This document shows, in pieces, positions 12,179 to 24,544 of a stretch of 64,000 bases of DNA (position 1 is the stretch's first letter; each line of letters opens with the position of its first letter). The DNA is taken from contig NW_027117348.1 of assembly GCF_038025025.1 (NCBI RefSeq), positions 248,001-312,000 of the forward strand, written 5' to 3'. This stretch comes from Phyllosticta citribraziliensis (taxonomy: Eukaryota). The translations under genes and the position numbers were made by a program. The notes beneath the pieces were generated by a model that worked only from the letters and a program-made list of their open reading frames with translations, made no database searches and was not told the DNA's origin.

Positions 12179-15043
12179 ATGATAGCGCTCACTTTCGTTT
12201 TGCTCGCGGCAAGCTTTCGGTTTGTTTGCGTGAGTGGGGAAGATGCTTTTCAGAGCTACACAGATGGCTACACGGGTAAGTAAAGCCACTCCAGCCTTGC
12301 CGACTGACGATCCTGGATTTTCTGCAGCTTGAAGAGTGAAGCAATGAGACTGACTCGCAAAGAAACCACCATCACGACAACCGTTTCTACTACGGCAACC
12401 TTGAGCGACTGCTCAGCCACTCCGAGTTCTCCATCTCCCCCGCCGGGGGCACCCTTTGCCATCCCGGTCGAAGAAGAGAATTTTTGCACTACCTTGACAC
12501 ACTGCAATGGCGGAACAAAGGACTGCGGACTTGACTCGGCATCAGTGAGCACTACGACTTTCACCAGGACCAAGACTTTCACTTCAACCCCGACGTATCC
12601 GGAGCCATCGAGTGTCGTAAGCCTGCCCAATGATTCGACAACGCAATCAACGACACAACCCAATATTTTGACTTCCCTCGTTAGCTGGGCTACGACAATT
12701 ACCAGGATAATTGCGTCTACGGTCACGGAAACGATAAGTCAAAATACGACGACGACACTCACTTCTTCGAGCACCACGACGAAGACTTTGTATTCCAACA
12801 CCACAACAACACTTTCCAATTTGAACTCCACGGCCACTTTTCATTTTTTCAGCACCCTGACCAAATCAATCGATTTCAACACTACAGAAACATCACCTTT
12901 TTACACACTGACGAAGACGCTTGAAAATAACACAACGTCTACAATTGTGTCACTTTCGACGATAACACAGACGGTGGCTTGGAACGCAACACAGGTTACG
13001 ACTGCGATTTCTACCATCACAGAAAATCTAGCCAGTACCACACACGCAAGCATTTTGACTTCAAGTAGTCCGATAGATCCCCCGGCGAGTACTCCTCCTA
13101 GTGGACCACCGACGGCACCTTCAACTCTAGAAACGACCAGCGCCTTTACACCAATTACCAAACCTCCTCCATCTTGTATTGGACAGTGCACAATAGCTGC
13201 AGCGACGATAAATCTCATCGTATGGCCTGATCAGACCGCCGAAAATCGGCAGGTCGTTTCTCGCGCGCCGATTACTTCGGTCACAGCTGGATTGACTCTG
13301 TGAGTTTGCCCTGTAGAATCAAGTCGGAGCTAATCCAAACCTGCAGAACACATCCAAGCGTTTACTTCAGCCTGCAGTCGCTATCGGCGTACGAGACTTG
13401 TGGCTCAGGAACTCGAACCGTTGATCCGGTAAGCATCTGCCGTCGACTTTCCTTCAATCTAACAAATGCAGAAAACCACGCTCCCGACGTTTTTTCCCTT
13501 CGACCCGACAGACATCAGCACCATTACGTGGACGTCTTGGTCCCGCACCTTTACCAAGATAGAAAGCGGGACCACATTGCAGTGGTGGACAGCATCTTGG
13601 TCAACCGTCACAAGGTCTTTCGATTTCGCGCAACTGGCTTCGTGCAGTCAAGGCACATACGGGTACTCATTCCCCGCCATATCAGTCACCAGTGCAGCTT
13701 CTGGGACATACTTCACTGGAGCTTCGACCGGAATCAGCCCGGTCTCTTTGGCTCCTTGTTCCCCCATCTTCGCCATTCCAACCAAGATTACAAAGTTTGT
13801 GCCAGCGTGGTCTACTTGCACACCAAATGCGCCAAATGGATGGTTTGATCCTACCATTACGTGGACACCTCTAGATGGAGAGATCACGGGGCCTTATGGG
13901 TCCGCCACGACTGCGCCAGCTACGGCCGTGCCCGCTTTGGACACAGAGACCGCTACCACAAAATCGACATCTCCTGAGTCGACTACATCTTCGAGTTCCC
14001 CGAAGGCAACACCTCGGAGTTCTAAAACCTCTTCATTATCCACGGCCTTAAGTACATCGGTTGTTCTGTCCAGTTCGAGCCAAATTTCGATATCTCGCCC
14101 GTCCGGGAATGTGGAGTCCACAACCGGAACAAGCCAGACTTCTACGTCGAAGCCCAGTCCTGTGTCAACCAGTGGTACTTCCCCAAGCAGCTCGAGTACG
14201 GATCAGCACAGTTCGACTTCTATGACGCCACGCGACTCCACCTCGCAAAGTGCAACTAAATCAACTCCGGCCATCAACCCTTCGAAATCTGGCTTCACTT
14301 CTTTCACTCAAAGCTCAAAATCTTCCACCTCGCGTACTTTAAGTACAAGTCTCCTTCCATCTTCATCGGGTTCCACTTCCACCTTGTCTATCACATCTTC
14401 AGATTCTCCGTCTTCTTCCCACTCGTCTATCTCAACATCGCATTCCACGCCCCTGGCGACTTTCAATTCTACATCTGCGTCTTCCGCACCGCTTGAATCA
14501 CCAACACCGAGTTCAACTTCTGCAATATCGTCTCCCAACTCCTTTGAAACCTCGGAAATCTCCCCCACAGCTTTGCCGTCTGCATCTTCCTCGTTATCTA
14601 TTACTCCGTCCTCAGTACCACCATCAAGTTTGCCGGCATCCAATCCAGTGGTCGCCACAGAGAGTCCTTTCACAAATTCGAGCACAGCGATACCCCAATT
14701 GACGCCCTCTACTCCCACCTCTCCGACATCCTCGCCGCTGCGTTCTACTCCTCTTCCTTCTTCCTCTCCAACTTTTGCACCATCAAGCTCTTCGTCCACT
14801 TTTCCAACGACTGCCTCTCCTCAATCCTCTTCTTTCGCATTTTCACTCCCAAATCCACCATTTTCTGTCGCTCCGACTTTGAAATCACTGACCACCGCTC
14901 CTGCACCAGCCGCACCATCACAGTACACTGCTAGCAGCGGAGCTCGTCGTTTTACACCGTTACCTTTCTCTTTTGACTTTCTTTCCAACGCGATTGAATT
15001 GATCTTGTTTTGCACGCACGTTCTGCGGGTTGTTCTATGGTAA
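12179..15043 (+). CDS. Ser/Thr-rich mucin-like cell-surface protein, possibly GPI-anchored
   Basis: Long S/T/P-rich ORFs 12329-13303 and 13466-15043 linked by introns 13300-13346 and 13429-13471. Signal-like MIALTFVLLAASF at 12179 (first intron tentative, 12220-12327). Hydrophobic C-terminus after ASSG. Confidence 0.75.
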
Positions 15044-15314
15044 TGCGGCAGTGGGAACAGCAGGACTCATACATAATTTTCGGCATCACTATTCTCTTCG
15101 CTTGTCTTGCTCAATTATTTGACTCATCATTTACATCGTGGACTACTTAAACTGACTGAAAAAGCCGCGTACCTTACATGGACCGACTTTCCTTAAAAAC
15201 TGCCAACCGTGCATCCCGAACTCATCCTCCCTACCAACCACCACCCAGACGTCCTGTTAACTTGCCATGCACAGAGAGGTGTCCATCTCAACCTCCACAG
15301 CACCAGCGCAGCCA

Positions 15315-16500
15315 ATGGCCAGGATGTTTTCCTTTCCTCCAATCCTTCAAGCATTCGCCGCAGATCCGCCGCAAATCCGGGAGAGCGATCGCGGCAAGGT
15401 GTTGGCTGAGGTGCTTTACGACTTTGGTGACGTGGGCGGGGCGTTGATGATGTTGAAGTCGGGGCAGCGTCGCGAAGCTGCTCCTTGTCAACTGTGGCCT
15501 CGGTGGGACTTCGCTCCAAGAGTCTGGAGCGTCATGGGTCCAGATGATCGTGATAATATCCGTAGCGGCCGTTTCGAACGCTTGATGCCACGGGCGCAGG
15601 AATCCTTAGCAAAAGTCGACGCGGAAACGCCCTAGGACGAATCGCCGTAAATACTCGTCGCGGGCTTCAGGCTGTTGACTGCCAAAGATGGACTCTGTCT
15701 GAAGCTCCATCAGAGTTTCCATATCTTGCCATGTTGTAACATCTTCTCGATATAAAGGGCATTGTAAAGGTGACAGGTATAGAGAATACCACCTAATGTG
15801 CCAGAAAAAAGAACACAACCTCATGAGCAACAACCTGAAATCGATATATTTAGAGACCGTAGAGTACTGGGTTCCGCCGAAATAAGAGAAACTCTTCGAC
15901 TTTTGGACAACCAGGGATACGGTAGGGATCGTTTCAAAAGAACGTATCAACCTGTATCCTGAGATTCTTGATGGCTCGGTGGCAGGGCTCGCGAGGACCC
16001 CGATCTCGTGAGTCACAACATGGAATCTATACATCTAGAAGCGGAGGAGTTGGGCCAGTCCTCCTGGCGAAGATGCTTGTGGAAGCCCATTCCATAAAAG
16101 AGTTAGCAGGAGCGTTCATTCTCATAGGGAGCGCGAACACTTACAGTCTTAATGCTATACTTGGGGGCAGAGCCCTTCTGTCGTCCAGCTTTTATCTTAT
16201 CGTTCGGAAGAGAGCTATACCGGCAGTTAGACTACAAATCTATGGTAATACGTACGCTAATATGTTCAACATACCGAATATGGTCTCAACGACATTGGGG
16301 TCTTGCTTGACCGCTGTGATATAGCTCGTGACTACTAGATTAAGACCTTGCTTTCCCTATCTCTAGGATCGCTCCAAACCCAGAAAACATTCATGGGGTC
16401 GGCGGGAGCTACTCCCTGTGGTGGAGCTGGCCGTAGTCGCCTGGAACTTGAGCCAAGGTAGAACCCTATTCCTACTTCTATCCTTAGTCTCTCCAGCCAT
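15315..16500 (+). pseudogene. Degraded unidentified gene relic with RIP-like TpA enrichment
   Basis: Protein-like ORF (MARMFSFPP...VDAETP) runs into repeated in-frame TAG/TAA stops in sequence visibly rich in TA dinucleotides. Confidence 0.3.
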
Positions 16501-16539
16501 CAAGGTACAAGAAGAGCCAGATTTTCTGGATGTTTTTCC

Positions 16540-17218
16540 CTACGCGCTCCGGGGTGGCGCTTGACTGCCTCTCGTGATTAGCCATGAACAAGACTTCAAA
16601 ATTTGTGTCAGCTCTTGCCTTCGGTGCTCAGACGAGCGATTCAAGATCCGAGCGCTGCCACTGCTCGCTGCTCTCAGTCTTGTTCCAGCAAATCCTCGTG
16701 ACTCCGTTTTCGTCTTTTTACTTGTCGTTGTCCTGGGAGGGACCGCCCTTGGTCTTGTGCTCTTTGAATGCGTGTGGGGGTTGACCTCAGCATCGTAGTT
16801 CGCATGAAGCGTCTGGAATCTTCCAGCCGGCTTTTGATATACAGTCTCGACGAATATATTGACTTGCAGCACCTCTAAAAAGGTCGTATTGTGAGGGATG
16901 GCTCTGCATAATGGTTAGAACTCAGGTCTTTATTAAGCTGTGTGCAGCATACCTGATGTTTAGATCGTACTTCATTGCGCCTGCGTACGAGATTGTGTGG
17001 ACGTTCTGCCTCTTATACAAAGGAGCAACCCAGGTATCTGGGACATGAAGTCCGCCTTCTTGGATGCCGTGGAGAATGGGCCCAAGGTCGCGAGCGAACG
17101 GGATGATGTTCTCAGTGGCGAGGTAGACGCTGCGTCGAGTGACCACGTAGTACTGGTGGGCGGAAGCCGGAATGGAGGTAATCTGCGCGGGTGCCAACAA
17201 TGAAGGGTCTCGAGACAT
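16540..17218 (-). pseudogene. Possible degraded two-exon orphan gene
   Basis: Protein-like ORFs 17218-16922 and 16872-16540 separated by ~50 nt with a TTTTTAG acceptor but no clean donor. Confidence 0.3.
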
Positions 17219-17477
17219 CGTCGTGGAGTAGTAGTAGCCGGGAAAAGAGGTCGGGCGATCATAGGTCCAAGTGACTTGAATACTGCTGTAAGGCGGAGAG
17301 ACAATTCACCCAGTCTGCAAAAATTCCAACGCTATGCTAAAGACCCGACGAGAACTCCAACCCATGCCGAATGTTCGCCCAAGACCATGCGCCGACCAGA
17401 CCCACCTCCCAAAACCCAGCGCCAGGAAACCCAATTCTATCCTAGACCATCGGCTGGTGCAGAGCGACGAAGACCAG

Positions 17478-18267
17478 TCACTCCAGATCCGAGCCATCGT
17501 CCTGCTGGATCTGGAAGTATTCGACTGGGTCCCGACCGCGAAACTCGTCACTGCCACGCTGCCGCGAGCCCTTGAATCGCCAGACCTTCAGGCGAGGCGG
17601 CTCTTGCTGCTCGACATATAACGAGACGTCAGCGTGCCTGACATCGCTTGAGACGATTCCAAGGCCGGGCGTGAGTACGTTGCGAACCCAGGTGTTGCCG
17701 CTGAGAATGCGGTCGTTGCCGCGGACGTACACCTTGAGCTTGAACTCGATGGCGACGGTGCCGCGCTGGCTGCGCACGAAGTTGTATACCTTGGTCAGGT
17801 ATGCGTCTATGTCGACTCTTCGATTGTGCTCCCCTGGTGAGACTGATTAACATGAGATCGCATATGAGGGGCAGGGATGAAGTACATCTGACTTGGACTT
17901 CGACCAAGAGGCAGCAGACAGGGCGGGCGAGTCCGGCGAGGACGGCGAGGCGGTGCGAGCGCTTCTCCACTGGGTACCGAAAGTCGGTGCAAATGATGGC
18001 AAGGTCTTTGTTTGGCTTCGGTGGAGGAGCCTTCGCAGCGGAGAACGCGTCCTTTGCCCTGCGCCTCAGTTTGGCGGTCCAGCGCTCGCTCGGGGCCGGT
18101 AGGGGAGCATTGGGGCGGTCCTCGTCACGGTGGTGGTGACAGAGCTCTCGACCCAGAGCGCAGGGAGACCTCGTCTGGAGGCGGTCAGGCGTTGTGATGT
18201 TGCCTTCTTCGTCTCGGGCGTGGACGTTCTCAGTATATACGGCGAAGTTGTAATTGTCGGAAGACAT
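17478..18267 (-). CDS. Hypothetical protein (~245 aa, two exons)
   Basis: ATG 18267. Intron 17885-17834 (GTACTT...CAG) joins ...LVEVQVRW-EHNRRVDIDAYLTKVYNFVRSQRG... in frame. TATA box just upstream. Confidence 0.65.
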
Positions 18268-18290
18268 TGTGAGAGCTGGGACGCTGTCAG

Positions 18291-18299
18291 CTTTATATA
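18291..18299 (-). promoter_or_regulatory. TATA box
   Basis: TATATAAAG on the minus strand ~25-30 nt upstream of ATG 18267. Confidence 0.5.
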
Positions 18300-20639
18300 C
18301 GCAGACGGGGCTTGCAAGTCTAGGATTGGGCTTGGTTTGTACCTGATAGAAAGCCGAAGACGAAGCTTTGCTGAGAGTGGAAGCGGAGGGATTGAGGTGG
18401 AAACGTCTTGAGGATGAAAGTGTAAGGATTGGAAGCCGAACGACGTAGAGGTGGAAGCGCAAGTTGTTTGCACAATGAGATGGTGATTGCAGCCAGGCTT
18501 CAAGAGAGATGGAGTTTTGGGTGAGAGGTGGTGTGTATAGGCAGAGGTTTGGGTGGTGGATGTTGGAGCAAGCCGACGAGACGAGAGGTTGTTTTCGGGC
18601 GGTACTTGCGGATGGCATCAACACAGTAGGCATGCTTGGATTTGGTCTAGCCCGGCCAGCACAAACTCGCTACTGAGTATATAAGGACGAGGAAAGGCCG
18701 AAATCTCGCAGCATTCATCGCATCAGAAGCAGTCGGCTTTCTCGTTTCACAGCCGTCTGCAGCACAACTTTTGCGGTCTTCAGACTGCCATTCTCAGATT
18801 TTGACGGGCAATGAGCATTCAAAGGCGGCTGACAAACGCGAGAAAACTGGATTTCGTCGACAGATTTCCCACAGCCAACTTGCTTTAACACTCTATTGTG
18901 TTTATTCCGCCGCCGCCGCTCCTCCAAGCCCAATCTGCCGCTTTCCTGTTGCCGACTGACGAGTATTCCCAGGACCACACACAGCTAGTTCTACCTCATA
19001 CACTGCCTCAATACATGATCTGATCATGCCTCTGAATGCTTTTTATGACTGCATCAAGCCTTCAGTCCCTTCTTCTGCAGACCCCACTCTATCCCTTCAC
19101 TTCTTCACGATCCTTGATGGTAAGGCCGAAATGGGCATCTGCTGTTTACCATACTCCTATTACTGGTATTTGTAGCTAACACAATTGCAGAAACTTCCGC
19201 ACCTTCGAAGTACAAGCCCGAAACTTGATTCTGCCGACCGCGGTACCTTTCGCTCAGAGCCGGAAGAAGTCATGATGCTTTGACAGTCCACAAGTCTGTC
19301 TTCGTAGCTAAATCCAGTCGTTTCTGTTTCTCACTATACCGAAGGCGTTCACAAAGAGAGGGAGTGTAGGCTTTCCGGGGGTTTGGCGAGGCATGCTGCC
19401 GCGGCCTTGCTTTGGCGGCGGCCCAGGGTGTGGAAGGTGCTCCCAGACAGTGCCAATATACTCGCGTTACTTGGGCTTTCGGAACACTTTCCAAGGATTC
19501 GATTGTTTTGGAGGACTCCTGCTCTGCGTTTTTCGTTTTTGCATTGCTTGTAGACTCAGATTCTAAAAATGGGCGTGTTGTGCGTTGTACAGTGTTTATG
19601 GCATTGTCGAGGAGATGTTCCGCCGCGTTGCGACTTGCGTATTTTACTGAAAAGAAATTCTCAGATCTCGTCGTGAGTGCTGTGGCGTAGAACTGCCGCG
19701 ATTTGGTGCGCTGCCAACCGCTTTTCTGTTTCGCGTGGAAGTGACTGGCGGGCGTGTCGGCGGGCGCACCCAAAACAACAACATACCGCCAGATTGTCGC
19801 AACGGCCGTCTTTGTCACCAACCCCTGCCGCCGCACTTCTGATTGGACTCGTTCACTTTGCTCCTTTGAATTCGCTCTTGGGCAAACCACTTCCTTCCTT
19901 GGCCCGAACTTTCTCACTGTTGCGACATCGCCGTCCACTGAACGCTCGAGCGTCAAAATCCCCTGGCAACTTCCAGTCAGATTTTGACCTTTTACGTCCT
20001 GACAGATTCGAACGACAGCTACAAATCATTCGATTGCGCTCCCAAACTAGAGGCTAATCTCAACCCACCGCGTTTCCCTTCAACACAGCCCCCCTTTCGC
20101 TAAACCAAGTCCCCGCACTGCCGCAATTCTCGAGACTTTAATCGCTTTGAGAAGCTTCAAGTTACCTGCGCTGAAGCCTTGGCTTTTGCCTTGTCAGGGA
20201 CGCATTCCGAGCCCTTTCTGCTCGCCCACGAGACTCCTTCGATTCAATGTGTCCAGTCGAGCCACCGACGAACCCACGCCACCGTGCACATCCACGACAC
20301 CAAAGCACGATCAGCGATTGCGACGGAGGATGACAACTTTATGAGCGAGCGGTTGCGCGGCTTTGAGGGCGTCTTACACCATACGTTTCCCAATTTGGCT
20401 CACGACGACCTACCTGTAGCCCAGAAGGTCCCAGCCGCATTCGATCGCTTCTGGACAAGGTATGAGTCGATTCGATAAGCATCTGGTGTCAGGCAACGCC
20501 ACTCCGTGATCTGAATGAATCAAAGCGCATATAGAAAGACGCTTGGTGCTCCAGTTCTACAGTGTGTTCCTCACCCTGTGGCATGATGGAAAAGGTATGA
20601 ATCTCCTCTATGCCCGATTTCTTTTGCTTACAGCGGACA

Positions 20640-20870
20640 GTTCTGCTCAAGAATCCACGACGAGGAATAATCGAGTCGAAGCTCTATATCAACGACCCGT
20701 GTGTTGCAATCTACAGTGCGACGACGCTTTTGGAATTGCTGCGCGACACATCAAGCCAAAGCATCATGTTAGCCATCTGTGCCACAACGGTGGTTGCTTC
20801 AATCCACCGCGTTGGGGTGGAGCCAGTTTTGCAAAATGGAATCCACATCCCTTTTACTGTTTACTGTAAT
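20640..20870 (+). pseudogene. His-Cys box (zf-His_Me_endon, I-PpoI-like) endonuclease relic 1
   Basis: VSHLCHNGGCFNP at 20768-20806, continuing after a frameshift as VGVEPVLQNGIH. Confidence 0.7.
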
Positions 20871-21127
20871 ACTTGGTTTTCTAAGTTGCGGATGCTGTTC
20901 GGCTCCAAGCGCTTGCTCGATGACGACTACGACTCTTTACTAGTATATTCAGATTCCAGAGTGTACGAAATTCTTCTCAAATGCTACATTCTCGGCGACC
21001 ACCGACTCCTTGTGAGCACACGGAGACATACGGTGCGCGATTCCTTTCTACCCTCAGAGCCTGAACCTAACTCACGGCAGATCAACAGTGAAAGACGCGT
21101 TCGGCCTTGGCAGGATTTGAAGCGTGA

Positions 21128-21513
21128 TTATACACGCCGTCCGGCAAGAAACGTCAGCCATTCGCCCACTAGGATGCCGCCCCCATCAACAATCGAGAGC
21201 TTCTACCGTACGCGAGCCCCGGATCCGACAACAAGCTAGCGTGCGGCCACCTGTGCCTTAATGGCGGCGGCTTCAACCCTGACCATGTCATCATCGAGCC
21301 AGCGGTTGATAATCTGGCTAGGGAGGAGTGCAAGGGCTCTTACGTCCTTGAGATCGATGCTCAGACGGAATTCAACCCCTGCTCGCACAAGGAGGAGTTG
21401 AGGTCCCGCAAGAGATGCATCCTTCCTAGGAAGGTGCTCAAGAAGGGCCACAGCACCGGCAAGCTCTACCACGGCGACCTGGAGAAGAACGAGCCAGGCG
21501 GACATGGCCGCAG
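21128..21513 (+). pseudogene. His-Cys box endonuclease relic 2
   Basis: Frame without a start codon, absent from the ORF track: LYTPSGKKRQPFAH*...LACGHLCLNGGGFNPDHVIIEPAVDNLAREECKG...NPCSH...RCILP. In-frame TAG at 21170. Confidence 0.75.
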
Positions 21514-21543
21514 GTAAGCTATACCCACCCCCTATATTGATTG

Positions 21544-21571
21544 ACTAACTAACTAACCAACTAACTAACTA
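21544..21571. repeat. (TAAC)n microsatellite inside a putative intron
   Basis: actaactaactaaccaactaactaacta. Confidence 0.8.
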
Positions 21572-22129
21572 GGCTAGGAGATGGGAGAGAAAAGGAGGCC
21601 TACCGACAGGCAGGAGGAGGAAAATGGGCTGCAGGGAGAGGCAGCGAAAATGGTAAGCCCCTAGGATACTGCCAAAGACTTAGCTAACGCAATCCAAGGA
21701 AATAAAGAAGGCCTAAGGTCACGGATATAGGGAACGGATGCTAGTGACTTGCGTGAAGTCAACGAGTTCGCCCAACAGCTTCACGACGCGTTCATGGAAG
21801 CGCATCTCCCAAGCAATAGATTATCTCCACAATGTTTGAGAACAACATCATCGTCATGTGGACTTGGACCAAACCCCATAAGACTGTAAGACAATCTCGT
21901 CCCTTCGTAATCCCCCGGATACTACCAGGTAGGTCTCTAAATCCTTCCCCCGCGCAGCGTAGAAAGCACAAAGGTACTAAGACTTTCCTTACTTTTAGTC
22001 ACCAAAAGAAGCAGGTCAAGACAGGCCGCGCCAGGGGCAAGCCTGAATTGGCTTGTGAAGATGCACGTATAATAAGCGACAACGGCTCACATTGTATACC
22101 ATCAGCCGCTCGATAAAGTTCCGGCCTGC

Positions 22130-23000
22130 GGCTCGGAACCCCGCCCATATCATTGCTGTCAAGGACTTCATCCGTCATTGCTGCCCCATGCTCTCAGGGC
22201 ACCGGAAGGCTCAAAGGAAAGAAACGGAAGGAAGCCAAGCAAGCAGCAGCAGCAATGTCAAGCGGTGCCGCTCGGAAGCCTGCCCATGTCATTGCCGTCA
22301 AGGACTTCATCCGTCTTGCCACTTTCATTGCTGCTAAGAGAATGCCGCTGGCTAAAGTTCCGATCTACTTTGTAGAGGCCCTTGATAGAGCTATTATAGC
22401 CGGAAGAAGCACGGCACACTCGCTGCTGTGCTTGCGGATTTAAAGGAGGCCAACAATAGCCATTCACAGTTGTTTTGGTATACTGGAGCGTGTAAAGAAA
22501 CTTTTGGCGCCATCTGTGCCTGTAAAGGCGGCAAAAAAGACCAGTCACTACGACAGCTGAGTTTGCCAACTGATTCACCGCTCTTCGTGTCGTAGAGCCT
22601 ACCTGGGAGTTCCTTGGCACACCGGTCAATACTCAGCAGCTTCAGCAAAAGCCAAGCGCAGTTCCTCCGATCAATGAGTTTGAGCTTGCAAACAGATTTA
22701 CTGCTCTGGGCGGTGGAGAGCGGACCCAATAGCAAACATCTCTAAATTTCGAAGCTAAGCAGCCGGATGATCGCGAGGAGGTCTCCACTACTATTTAGTT
22801 GCGGTGTAAAGACATCCACAAGATACGCTAGGTCATCTATAATCTCTGGGTCAGTTATAAATCAGACTAATATAATCTCATCGCTATCTCATTGGTCACG
22901 AACACGGCGGTCGATTTGCAGGCGGATGATCTTGAGGAATCCTGCACTGCCTTTCAGTTGCTGTGTGAAGACGTCAATGAGGTACGCCAGGTCGTCTGCT
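22130..23000 (+). pseudogene. DUF6604-family pseudogene with internal duplications
   Basis: GRLKGKKRKEAK...HVIAVKDFIRLATFIA...KVPIYFVEALDRAI, then EFAN*FTALRVVEPTWEFL and DIHKIR*VIYNLWVSYK...LVTNTAVDL. Multiple stops and frameshifts. Confidence 0.7.
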
Positions 23001-24544
23001 GTCCCGTGTTCTAGGCGTCCTTAGTGAGCCGTTCGGTTAGCTGAGTAGCTTTTGGCGCATCCTTGGGCGCGTCCTCTCCTGGACAATACAAGAGAGATCA
23101 CTTCCAGCTTTTTTCCCTTCACCACCAAGGCATCCACCACAAGCCAACCGTCCTGAACCAAATTTCCATCTCATTCTCCGACCGCTGGTCCTGAGCGATT
23201 TGGTCTCTGTCTCTAGTAGCCTACCATTTGAACCGTACAACACCCACTCCTTCTGTATATTTTCATCAAGAAGTCCTCTCCTATCAACCGACCGCCCTGA
23301 CCCAAACTCTCAACTTAACCTCACCCAACCGCTGGTCTTGAGCGATTCGGCCACCCACCACCTCGCGACCTTCACACCTACACCTCACCTTTGTTCCTCA
23401 GGTCGCCTACGGTCGCCGGCGCTTCTCTCCAACGCTTTCTTTGATCGGGCGAGCAAAATTAGGACTGAGGGATTGGAACTTGGGGGTCTGAAGTGGGACA
23501 ACGACATCGTTGCTTTACCAAGCTCGACGCCCTACAGACTAAACATGGAAAACTCCACGACCGCTTCAACAGCCTCAATCCGGGGAGCATCGCACAGTGT
23601 CGGGCTCCAAGTCCAAGTCTAAGGCTAAAGCCATTCTCTGGATGCAACTGTGTAAGCTTGCTCGCTCATCCGTGTGAAATTGGTGCATGATCTGACCTTG
23701 AGGACGAACAGCATAGCGCCACGGCTACGTGCGAAGGCCCCGACTGGACAGCGTCTTCAGAGGACGAGAACAGCGATGTCATCACTTTCTACAAGCCAGA
23801 GGACGAACAGACTCGCGTCGCGCCTTCGCGCGAAGACTACATGTACCAGGACTAGATTGGGATTTCGGATGACTTGCAGAGCCCAACGACTGTTGCTTCG
23901 TGCGACCACCAGCACTACATCGAACTTCTGGGTGGTGAGCAGCCCTGGCATTCCGTCTCCGTCTCCTGACCGCTCGAAGCGCGTCAAGACCAGGGCCGCG
24001 AGCATTTCTGCGCATAGCCCTGGCTGTTCCGAGCCGGCCAGAACCGCCACCACCGCCATACCGCCGCCGAGCGTGTGCTTGCGTCTGACATCCGATCTTC
24101 CGAGGGATGTCCTGATGGCGACCACACTACAGCATGTTGGACGGCACCCTCGCCGTTCGATTCGACGGAGGTCACCTCTAGCTTGATAAGCAAGTCAGAC
24201 TCGGCCTCAGGACTCGTCTCATTGGATATGAGCCTGCGGGAAAATACCGAATCTGTGACGACCCGGGCCACTCAGGACGGGATTGTAAGGGATCTGACAT
24301 CAGAGGGATGGCGGCAGATAAGTGGAGGAGCGTAGGGGTGGGCAAGAAAGCCGGAGGAGGAAAGCGCTCTAGCTGGTGGATCTCTAATGAGACCTGATGG
24401 TAGCGAACTGATACGAGGGAAACTTGGTCTGTAGATAAACAAATGGAGAGAAAGCTTTGTTTAGAAATTGTGCGTTTTGTGATCTGACTGGACATGACAT
24501 TGTCCTCTTTGTTGACTTGCATTGCTTTTTGACTCTACCACCAC

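Noticed and set aside
19270..19956. 228-aa minus-strand ORF
   Set aside because: Non-ATG start, no recognisable motif, lies in the decayed zone.
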